Both the position numbers and the translations under genes were made by a program. DNA of 63,727 bases, filler included, from Octopus bimaculoides (taxonomy: Eukaryota), in assembly GCF_001194135.2 (NCBI RefSeq). It is 7 parts of 5 records of this genome, joined end to end, with 100 filler letters (N's around TTAATTAATTAA, not from the genome) between each part and the next. Parts side by side here need not be neighbours in the genome. Positions count along the whole stretch, not along the records: positions 40,787 to 61,847 come from NC_069002.1; positions 61,948 to 63,727 come from NC_068988.1; 5 more parts are not named here. One strand, 5' to 3'. The notes below the pieces were generated by a model that had not been told where the DNA came from, ran no database searches, and saw nothing but the letters and a program-made list of their open reading frames with translations. Of this stretch, positions 54,136 through 63,727 are shown in pieces (position 1 is the stretch's first letter; every line of letters begins with the position of its first letter).

Positions 54136-55328
54136 AGAGTGGAACTGTAAGGAACTTTTGTTAATTCCTACCAAATAATTGAACCTCATCAAAACTTACC
54201 ACAAGATTCTATTCAATTTATAATACACAACTGTTCTATTTATAATAAATATAAAAAAAATATGTATGTTACTTCCTCTCCATCTTTCACCAAAACCAAA
54301 CAGAAAGCAGTGGGCAGTAGACTTAATCTTTCATTTGAATTAAGGTCACCAGCCATGATATCCATGGCTGTGTGGTGCGACCCTCACACCAGCATGGAAA
54401 ATGAACGTTAAAGGATGATGATGTGACTTAGAAGAAACATGATTGATAAAAAGCAAAACTAGTGAAGGAAGCAAAGGAAGAGCAAAGAGGGAAAAAAAAA
54501 AAAAAAAAAAGAGAGAACAAGGACAGAGAAAAAGATAAAGGAAAAATAGTAACAGATGTTAGGAAAGGAACTACAATGAATCATACTGTATCCATAATTG
54601 TTCCTCTGTAGACTAAATGCTGCTTTATTTATTGATATCAGGAAGATTTGAATTCAAAGCAATTTCAAGGGAGGGATTTAGTTCATTACTGCGATCCCAG
54701 TGTTCAATTTCTGGGTGAGATTGGCCACACTGCCCATCACCTCATCCCAGTTCTTCTTCATTTTATCAACCCTCAAAGGACAAAAGGCAAAGTTGACCTC
54801 AACAGTATTTGAGCTTAGAACATAAAACGTCAGAAGAAATGTCACTAAGCATTTTGTCTTGCCCAGCTCCCTGCCTTATAGCAGTCTTTAATGAAGTCCT
54901 CTATACAGCTAGCATTCAGTTTGAGGATAATATTCTCTCTGGATTCTGAAAAAAGGATGTGGACACTGTATTTCTTCTTCTAATTGAGTCATGTGACCAA
55001 AAAAAAAAAGATGGTGCTTTTGTCATGTGACTTCAAAAGTCAAGTGGCTAAGTTAGACCTCCATGACTTAAAAACACAAATATGAGTAAAAAAAAATCAT
55101 GACTTAATTAGAGTCATGTGACTTAAAAACATGAGTGGAAAAATACAAAATAAGTGAAGGGAACAAAGGGAGAGCAACAAATAAAGACTACAACAAAGAG
55201 GGAACAAGAAAGGAAGAAAACATAAAGGAAAGATGATAAGAGATGTTTGGAAAGGAACTACAATGAATGAGAGCAAGAGGAGAGGTTGAGTTAAATTAAG
55301 TGAAAATATGCTTATACAGCTGACACAC

Positions 55329-55478
55329 CTGGCGGTATCCTGGCTTTGGTGAGTAAGTAGAACGCTCATCATCTGGCATCTCTTTCTCTGTAGTGGTAAG
55401 GTTGTCAATGTTTAAGAATTCCTGGAACATCACATTTCCAAATTTGTTCAGTGGAATTATAGGCCATAGTGTAGTAAA
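55329..55478 (-). CDS. EFCAB6: Internal coding exon (phase 0-0) of an EFCAB6-like EF-hand repeat protein: FTTLWPIIPLNKFGNVMFQEFLNIDNLTTTEKEMPDDERSTYSPKPGYRQ
   Basis: Acceptor ccctttctgttttccAG, donor CAG|gtgtgt, 150 nt open. FxxLWxxxPxNxxGxxxxxxFL resembles the EFCAB6 motif (recalled as FDRLWNEMPVNAKGRLKYPDFL). Orthology not verified. Confidence 0.75.
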
Positions 55479-55520
55479 CTGGAAAACAGAAAGGGAATGA
55501 ATGAATGAATATGGGTGTGT

Positions 55521-55583
<63 letters not shown>

Positions 55584-55691
55584 CTCTTCTGTTTTTAATT
55601 ATTTAAATTCTTTCTCTGAGGAAAAAGATGGTTTCTAACAAAGATACAAAGCCACACACACACACACATATATATATTATATTATATTATA

Positions 55692-56250
55692 CTAGCTGGC
55701 CCTGTGCCATCAAAAATGACAGTTAACCCATAAACTGCGATAGGCCACCTCAGTGGCCAACGCGACAGTGCGACAGGCCACGTGTGTGGCCATGGAAGTA
55801 GGGCATGATCTCACCTAATTTTGATGACGTATAATGTATGCACACAATACCCTTTCACCCCAGAAACAGTGTAGTCAATCACAGAAGGTGTTAAGGAACA
55901 CTGAGTATTTTTTTCGAGAGATAGATCGATGTTGACCTTTACCCAAAATAGGCTCAGGAGTTCGTGTTACATACAGCAAAATCCCAGCAGTTTATGGGTT
56001 AATTGTAGTATTTTATATATAAATAAGGTACAAACCAAGTTTTTAGTTTGATAATTCTTTTATTACCAAATTTTTCTGTGAAAAATCGATCCACAATTAA
56101 CATCTCTTGACTGCTTGTTTCCTCCAAAAGAATTTTTATGTTTTCCTTCCTTCTTGTATGACTTGAGGCCACATAAAGCTGGCTGTAACTAAATATGGCA
56201 GCTGGCAGGTAAATACCAACTTTTTCCTCTCCTTTTAACTGCACTCTCCA
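55692..56250 (-). mobile_element. Second Helitron family remnant (helicase C-terminus + CTAG end)
   Basis: KVGIYLPAAIFSYSQLYVASS..ENIKIL resembles the PIF1-type VG.YL..PVFSHGQLYVA.SR motif. CTAG at 55692-55695 next to an AT-rich target. Confidence 0.7.
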
Positions 56251-56687
56251 TTACTGAAACCAACCTAAACTCATACGACTTAAAGTCACAAAAAGAAGTC
56301 TGTGACTTATAGTTGATGTTGTAAAAACTCCCTATTCAAAATTTATTACATAAATTTCTTAATATAAATAAATTAGGCACATGTATGAACTGCTAAACGT
56401 GTATTTATAATATACTTTTCAAACGAGTCATTTTATATTCTTGATACATTCAGGCAATAATTATAACACAAAGAGACCCAAACAAAGCTGTATTAATATA
56501 ACAGGCTTCTTTCAGTTTTTGTCAACCAAAATCTACTCAGAAGACCTTGGTTGGCTCAGGGTTATAATAAAAGAAACTTGCCTAAGGTTCCACGCATTGA
56601 GACTGAATGTGCCTGGAGCCATGTAGTTGGGAAGCAAACTTCTTATTATACAACCATACCTGTATGTGTGTGTGTGTGTGTGTGTGA

Positions 56688-57060
56688 ATATATATGGAAT
56701 AGAAACTTGGGAAATGTAGAGAGTAATAGAAAAGAAGATTGATGTTTCTTGGGTGGGGTATTTTCATAGATTTGTGAGAATAAGCTGGAAAGATGGGATA
56801 ACAAATGCTTCAGTAATAGAAAGTCCAAAGATATTGATTGTTGAAAATCAAGGCCTCAAAGTTATCATACTTTAGACATATGATGTACCATGAGTCATTG
56901 CCCAAAGCCATCTTGACAGGAATTCTGGAAGAGAAGAGAGCAAGAGGATATCAAAAACATTTGTGAACTGACAATATCAAACAATGGAGTGGGAACAAGA
57001 GCCTGGCTGATTATATGCATGCAGCATATCACAGAGTTTAATTGGAGAGGCTTAACAAAG
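56688..57060 (+). mobile_element. RTE-clade LINE C-terminal remnant
   Basis: IYGIETW..RISWKDGITN..KLSYFRHMM..LPKAILTG..KRARG..TDNIKQW. Confidence 0.8.
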
Positions 57061-57374
57061 AGAAGGCACCTGGCTGATAGTTGATGTTGGCATGTGTATG
57101 TGTGAGTACACACACATGCATGCATGCATCACCGTTGTTTAACATCCTCCTCCTTCCTGGCATGATTTCTACAGCCTGATGCCCTTCTTAGTACCAACCA
57201 TTTTAAAAGAGAAAACTGGATGCTTTTTTTATCAGGCATCAGCAGCAGTGAGGTCAGTCACCAAGTAACTTGCAAGACAAGACTCCTTGACTGAAAGGAG
57301 GGGTAGTGCTGAGAAAGATAGCTTTGTACCAGTGATGAGAGGATTGAACAGAATGACAGAAATAGATGTCTTGA

Positions 57375-57610
57375 AGGTGGCGAGCTGGCAGAACCGTTAG
57401 CACGCCGGGCGAAATGCTTAACGGTATTTCTTCTGCCGCTACGTTCTGAGTTCAAATTCCGCCGAGGTCGACTTTGCCTTTCATCCTTTCGGGGTCGATT
57501 AAATAAGTACCAGTTACTCACTGGGGTCAATCTAATCAACTTAATCTGTTCGTCTATCCTTGTTTGTCCCCTCTGTGTGTAGCCCCTTGTGAGCAGTAAA
57601 GAAATAAGAA
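57375..57610 (+). mobile_element. SINE family A, young copy inserted in an RTE 3' end
   Basis: TSD gaaatagatgtcttg on both sides. Confidence 0.9.
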
Positions 57611-57632
57611 ATAGATGTCTTGCAGTACAGGA

Positions 57633-57668
<36 letters not shown>

Positions 57669-58315
57669 AGAGAGAGAGAGATCAGCCTTGTAAGTGGATT
57701 TGATAGATNNNNNNNNNNNNNNNNNNNNNNNNNNNNNNNNNNNNNNNNNNNNNNNNNNNNNNNNNNNNNNNNNNNNNNNNNNNNNNNNNNNNNNNNNNNN
57801 NNNNNNNNNNNNNNNNNNNNNNNNNNNNNNNNNNNNNNNNNNNNNNNNNNNNNNNNNNNNNNNNNNNNNNNNNNNNNNNNNNNNNNNNNNNNNNNNNNNN
57901 NNNNNNNNNNNNNNNNNNNNNNNNNNNNNNNNNNNNNNNNNNNNNNNNNNNNNNNNNNNNNNNNNNNNNNNNNNNNNNNNNNNNNNNNNNNNNNNNNNNN
58001 NNNNNNNNNNNNNNNNNNNNNNNNNNNNNNNNNNNNNNNNNNNNNNNNNNNNNNNNNNNNNNNNNNNNNNNNNNNNNNNNNNNNNNNNNNNNNNNNNNNN
58101 NNNNNNNNNNNNNNNNNNNNNNNNNNNNNNNNNNNNNNNNNNNNNNNNNNNNNNNNNNNNNNNNNNNNNNNNNNNNNNNNNNNNNNNNNNNNNNNNNNNN
58201 NNNNNNNNNNNNNNNNNNNNNNNNNNNNNNNNNNNNNNNNNNNNNNNNNNNNNNNNNNNNNNNNNNNNNNNNNNNNNNNNNNNNNNNNNNNNNNNNNNNN
58301 NNNNNNNNNNNNNNN

Positions 58316-58355
<40 letters not shown>

Positions 58356-58795
58356 TGTAGATAGGACTATAATTCAAGCAGTATCTTCATGAGGAACATC
58401 TGCATATTCCAGTACTCCAAAATTGTATGTAGATGTCATATATATATGTATGTACATATATATGTGTGTGTGTGTGTCTGTGTTTCTCCGCCACCACAAC
58501 TTGACAGACAGTCTTTATGTCCTCATAACTTAGTGATTCATCAAAAGATATTAACAGAATAAGCACTAGACTTAAAAAATAAATAGGTACTGGGATAGAT
58601 TTGTTCAATCTTTTCTGGGCAGTGCTCTTGCACAGCCACAATCCAATGATTAAAACAAATAAAAGATATATCATTAATGGTGCGAGACTAAGTATTACCA
58701 TTTTGTTGATAACTGATGAAGAATTAGGGACCCTCAGGGTCTGTCTCCCATTTAGTTGTATATATATATATATATATACATTTTTTATGTGGTTT

Positions 58796-58826
<31 letters not shown>

Positions 58827-58849
58827 GTATATATTCATAAAAAGGACCT

Positions 58850-59152
58850 CTTTCAGTCACAAATAACCATGGTATTGCACCTAGAAAGTTACCCTCTGAA
58901 GCATGGGCAAGTTTGTTCATGGAAGACCAGCAGTTGCCCGTTCCATGCCTCCGATGTTATCCAAGAAAAAGGCAAAGGCTGATACAGCTTGGTACCAATG
59001 ATGTCACAAATCATTTCTGCAGCTGCGGGAACTGGAGCAATGTGAAATAAAATGTCTTGCTCAAGAACACAATGCACAGTCTAGTCTTGGAATCAAACTC
59101 ACTACCTCATTATTATGAGCCTGACATTGTAACCACTGAGCCATGTCCCTTC
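58850..59152 (-). mobile_element. SINE family B variant, CpG-decayed
   Basis: Aligns to 7480-7775. Confidence 0.8.
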
Positions 59153-59399
59153 ACACACGCATACACGCACACACATGCAATACATGTTGCTGAGTAGTAT
59201 ATTCATGGTTATGGTATATAACCAGTCAAAAATTTGCCATTGATTTTTGTGTCTACTATTGCACTTGGTAATAGAGATGAGTCATCAGATATCCTAGCTA
59301 AAAACACATAGCCACTTTTATGCTGGAGGTAGATATACAAACTTGGTTAGCTTGGTGAAATAAAAAAAATCAAACAAAAACTCTTTTCTTAAAAAGGAA

Positions 59400-59945
59400 A
59401 AAAATGTTGTCTCCCATTGTATGACTCCAGCCATGGCTGAAGAAGGTCAGCTGTGCCTGCATACTCTTTTCTGTTTCCTAGTCTGCCAAAAGGGAAGACC
59501 ATATTAACAAAATTAATTTTTGATCATGAATTTAACTTTTTGACTTCAAGAAAGCACCTAAATTGTGCAAATATTTTGAGTATTCTCCTTTCAGTAAAAC
59601 AAATTTTTCACCATCTGCTTTTGTTGAGGTATGGCCCAGGTTGTTCCAGTTAATTTTATATGGTATTCCTTCTGCTTTTAATCACCATATATAGCTAGCT
59701 AGTATTGTAACTCTGCACTTCTCTTGGATCCTAAAAGAGGACCTATTGTTACTTAATCCCGGCTTTAAAAGGGTCCTCCATTGCTCCAACATATTTCTGT
59801 ATATGTATCCCCTCATTGCTGCTGTTGTTACAGTTGCTGGACACTACCAACTGTTTTGTAAATCACAACCTAAATGTTCCATCAACCATTCACAAGGCAT
59901 TCACTGCTAATGCTACATGAAGATCATCTGCATAGGGCTTTGAGG
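59400..59945 (-). mobile_element. Highly decayed LINE RT remnant (RTE-like)
   Basis: YADDL motif at ~59930 and later TERRILKIF, with many stops and frameshifts. Confidence 0.5.
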
Positions 59946-60084
59946 TATTGGTTAATATCTTTCTGACACTAAGCACACAAATGAACAAAGTCCTTAAGTT
60001 ACATCCACTGGATAATCTCCTATATCCATGGGACTATGTGAAATGCATTTTTACTAATCTAAACAAGACTCTTTCTATGCAGGT

Positions 60085-60460
60085 GAGAAGCGTGGAGAAA
60101 ACCAGAGAAGAGTGGTGAGTGTAATTCAAGAGAATTTGACTGCTATTTTCAGCAAGTCAAGCACTGGCTCATGCAGGTCCTACTGCAAACCTAATAAAAG
60201 TTTGTCATATATTAAGACAACCACATGCCACCCACCTATAGTCTTTGAAAACCTTATAAAGGGTGTCAGTAAGAGGACTTCAAGCCTATACATTCATAAA
60301 GAAGATTTTAATGCAGTAACCCCTTATTACAATGAATCTCTTGCAGCCAGCAGGTTTAAGGACCACATCATCTACATGCCTGGACCCAACACCCACAAAA
60401 GTAAAATTTTGCTTCATTTTTTCATCACAAACCTAACCAAAGTTGTATATGTACCTCCAG
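60085..60460 (+). mobile_element. Penelope-like retroelement RT thumb fragment
   Basis: YCKPNKSLSYIKTTTCHPPIVFENLIKGVSKR..FNAVTPYYNESLAASRF matches the PLE YRKP..L.YI..S.HPP..I..R..F....Y..AL..SG pattern. Confidence 0.75.
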
Positions 60461-60647
60461 CATACAAGAGGTTATGTGCTTCCAGCCACCATATCTGATG
60501 AGTCCAACAGCACACATGAAACCAATGATAACTTTCTGACAGGTTATGTGCCATAAAGATACTACTCAACAATATAAAAGTATAACTGTTCAAATTCTCT
60601 TTTAGAGTGTTCTTTTTTTTTTTCTTGATTCATGGACAAGTGACCAA

Positions 60648-60682
<35 letters not shown>

Positions 60683-61046
60683 NNNNNNNNNNNNNNNNNN
60701 NNNNNNNNNNNNNNNNNNNNNNNNNNNNNNNNNNNNNNNNNNNNNNNNNNNNNNNNNNNNNNNNNNNNNNNNNNNNNNNNNNNNNNNNNNNNNNNNNNNN
60801 NNNNNNNNNNNNNNNNNNNNNNNNNNNNNNNNNNNNNNNNNNNNNNNNNNNNNNNNNNNNNNNNNNNNNNNNNNNNNNNNNNNNNNNNNNNNNNNNNNNN
60901 NNNNNNNNNNNNNNNNNNNNNNNNNNNNNNNNNNNNNNNNNNNNNNNNNNNNNNNNNNNNNNNNNNNNNNNNNNNNNNNNNNNNNNNNNNNNNNNNNNNN
61001 NNNNNNNNNNNNNNNNNNNNNNNNNNNNNNNNNNNNNNNNNNNNNN

Positions 61047-61081
<35 letters not shown>

Positions 61082-61247
61082 CATACACCAAGGAAAGATG
61101 AAAGAGGTTAAATTGGATTACATATACTTCTCATACTGACTATATACATGGTTAAATGGAAGCTCCTTGAACAACCAGGGCTTATATAAACAGGAGCAAT
61201 GATGTAAGCTTTGCTTGGCTGAGAGAGCAAGAATCCTAAAAACTCAC

Positions 61248-61420
61248 TTGACCTGGGGACTTTCTTAAACTCCGGGAAAAAAAATATATTCATCAACACT
61301 CCCATCTAAATCATTTTCTGCTTCAGATTTGGAATTCCCCATTCGTTGAATAGTCTCAGTACAGCTCCTTCGAATATTACCATGGATTGAGTTGATGTAA
61401 GGGGGATAACCTCATCCCAC
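61248..61420 (-). other. Candidate 5'/first coding exon of the minus-strand gene
   Basis: Strong donor CAA|gtgagt at 61247 and acceptor-like ctgtgctgcAG at 61421. ATG 61305 gives MGVLMNIFFFPEFKKVPRS. ATG 61342 gives MGNSKS... but needs one base fewer in the A8 run at 61277-61284. Confidence 0.3.
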
Positions 61421-61537
61421 CTGCAGCACAGATAAATATTTTTTGCTTACAAAACCGACCGTTGCATATTTCTTCTTCTCGTTCTAGAGAGGTTATGCAC
61501 CTTCAGCCATTTGAATCTGATGAGTCACCTATATTGC

Positions 61538-61845
61538 TGTTATGTTTCCCTCGGGTGACTCGTAGAGATAACACAACGAGTTATACAATTTAATTATTAC
61601 ATTTATTGTTCAATTACATACAAAGAACGCACTCACCCAATGTTCGTTATGAATAAACAAAAGTCATGTCCGCCATATATATATCAATGACATTTTACTG
61701 CGACAGTCCCACAAGACAACAACAATGAAACAATGAACTCAGACGAACCACATGACACACGGAACGTCAGACGAATTACATATCTAACAGTCCATATAAC
61801 ACCACCCCACTGACATTGATGCTACACAAGAAGTATCAACAGCAA
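61538..61845 (-). mobile_element. 3' LTR (264 bp, 61538-61801) of an LTR retrotransposon with upstream PPT and internal stub
   Basis: Minus strand reads ...agtggggtgg (PPT) | TGTTATATGG...AAACATAACA. It has TG..CA termini with a 6-bp terminal inverted repeat, an internal AATAAA and a TATA-like tract. The internal region runs into a gap. Confidence 0.7.
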
Positions 61846-62737
61846 AGNNNNNNNNNNNNNNNNNNNNNNNNNNNNNNNNNNNNNNNNNNNNTTAATTAAT
61901 TAANNNNNNNNNNNNNNNNNNNNNNNNNNNNNNNNNNNNNNNNNNNNTATATATATAATGTTCAGTTGCAGGATTAGTAGAATCTAGTTATTTCAATGTA
62001 TAGGACGCCAGGAAGGACCGGGTACCTGCTTTGCAATATTCATCTGTCATCTGCAGGTCGTGTGCTGCGATTATGCACATATACATCTTCATATCTATCC
62101 GTATTTAAGTACATGCAGACAAATGTACATATGCTCATATATAGGCACTCGATTCAATGCATACTGTAGAGTCAACCTAGAGGTGGTTCCAAGTGTAGCG
62201 TATGTATAAAAGAACATAAATGAGGATTAAAATTGCGGTTGTGAATTTTAAAGCCCATTTGTGTTCTTTTATATATATAACTCAATATCGTGGAAACAAG
62301 ATAATATATAGTTTAAAAAATACAAGCGTGGAACACTCACATCCGGTACCCGGAGTTTCGTAAAACCAGCGAATATGATTTTAAGAGCCAAAACCTTGAA
62401 TGGAATAACTGGCGCGCACTGAGCGCATCCAATCATGCGTATGTATGTGTGTGTATGTGTGTGTGTGTGTGTGTGTACGATGGGCATCCACACAGTTTCC
62501 GTCTACTAAATTCACTCGCAGGGCAGTGTCTAGTGCAGAGCAATAGAAGAAGACACTTGCCCAAAACCACGTGGTTATAAGGCGAGTTTCTTAACCACTC
62601 GGCTACTGTTGTGCGTATCGTCATGCCTGCGCACCAGTGCCAGGCTTCACTGATTCACGAATTAGTAATGATTAGTTACTAATTATTCATTATTGATTAT
62701 AATAACATGGTATCGTTAGTCCTTATTATATTCATAA

Positions 62738-62955
62738 TAATCTTTTCTACTCTAGGCACAAGGCCCGAAATTTTCGGGGAGGGGGCAAGTCGATTAGATC
62801 GACCACAGTACGCAGCTGGTACTTAATTTATCGACTCCGAAAGGATGAAAGGCAAAGTCGACTTCGACTGAATTTGAACTCAGAATCTAAAGACAGACGA
62901 AATACCGCTAAGTATTTCGCTCGGCCTGCTAACGTTTCTACCAGCTCGCCCCCTT
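62738..62955 (-). mobile_element. SINE family A
   Basis: Reverse complement of the 3748 copy. More decayed copies at ~20478-20650, 24125-24320, 54620-54880 and 63020-63130. Confidence 0.9.
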
Positions 62956-63240
62956 ATTACATTCATAATAATAACAGAATAATTCCAATCCTGTGTGTCT
63001 TATTATTTTTCTTAAACGATGCCCATGTCAAATTTGCTTTTCATCTTTTCGTGGGTTGATAAACAAAAGTACCAGTCAAGTACTGAGGTCAATTTAAATG
63101 ACTAATCACCTTCCACTAATTCCAAGCCGTCTGTTTATGATAGAGATAATTATTTGCAGTGATATAATTCATTATCTTAATACAAACGCAAGATATCCTG
63201 AAAACTATTTTCACTGATATGTGTGTTTGACAATTCCTTA

Positions 63241-63272
<32 letters not shown>

Positions 63273-63727
63273 CTGCATGCTTGATTCACGAGATAACGTT
63301 AACCGTCGGGGCAACCTCTAACGTTATCCATTTGAAGAGAGAAGACAAACCACACCTCCATTCAATAGTTTATTGGAATGGTAATCCATAACAGCATAAC
63401 AGATAATCTAAGAATGTCAGAAGGAAGAAATGTACACTGGTTTGATGAAACCAAAATCAAAGAATGTTGGCAGCTACGTCACGAAGTTCCTTGATTTAGG
63501 ATTGTATTGACGTCTTTTCAGCGCCAGACGAATAATATCTCAGGGAGATTATGGTGTTGAGCGAGCCGGGTTGTGGCAAAGGCTGGTTGAACCGGATTGG
63601 GTAAATGGTTCTTAGTTTTCCCACTAGATTACCATTTCTATATTATCAAAGTAGTGAGACTTTGCAGATTACATTTAGTTACACACACGCACACGCACAC
63701 ACAAATATATGCATATATATATATATA

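Noticed and set aside
54200-54230. 31-nt minus-strand exon-like segment with a perfect gtaagt donor
   Set aside because: After the phase-0 exon at 55329 it gives an immediate TGA. It could only be a poison exon, and there is no evidence for that.
54870-54945. Minus-strand acceptor with open frame SRENIILKLNASCIEDFIKDCYK
   Set aside because: Wrong phase for the upstream exon, no GT donor, and it runs into a SINE head.
59223-59297. 75-nt open minus-strand candidate exon (RISDDSSLLPSAIVDTKINGKFLT)
   Set aside because: Weak donor and no recognisable homology. It cannot be distinguished from chance.
680-61111. The many long ORFs in the track (YIYI, CVCV, HTHT, LSLS, X-runs)
   Set aside because: They are translations of microsatellites and N-gaps, with no coding signal.

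Overview
AT-rich, gap-ridden animal genomic scaffold, probably a coleoid cephalopod such as Octopus (inference from the SINE families and the extreme (AT)n/(CA)n/(ATAG)n/(AAT)n density). Almost all ORFs in the supplied track are microsatellite or N-gap artefacts. The only well-supported host gene is absent from the track: a minus-strand spliced gene with three phase-compatible exons (55329-55478, 49008-49058, 45053-45210) encoding an EFCAB6-like degenerate EF-hand module. It lies in a CpG-depleted domain (~41-61 kb) bounded on its 5' side by a co-oriented LTR with a polypurine tract. The rest is decayed mobile DNA: tRNA-derived SINEs, R4/Dong-like REL LINEs chained through (AAT)n tracts, Tx1/L1, RTE, Penelope-like, mariner, Tigger-type MITE and Helitron pieces. 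Unexplained structures include a perfect 202-bp inverted duplication, an older ~330-bp inverted duplication with a coding-like substitution pattern, and a foldback element with head-to-head telomeric repeats. No rRNA, tRNA gene or CRISPR array was found. Family assignments come from hand translation and recalled motifs, not database searches.
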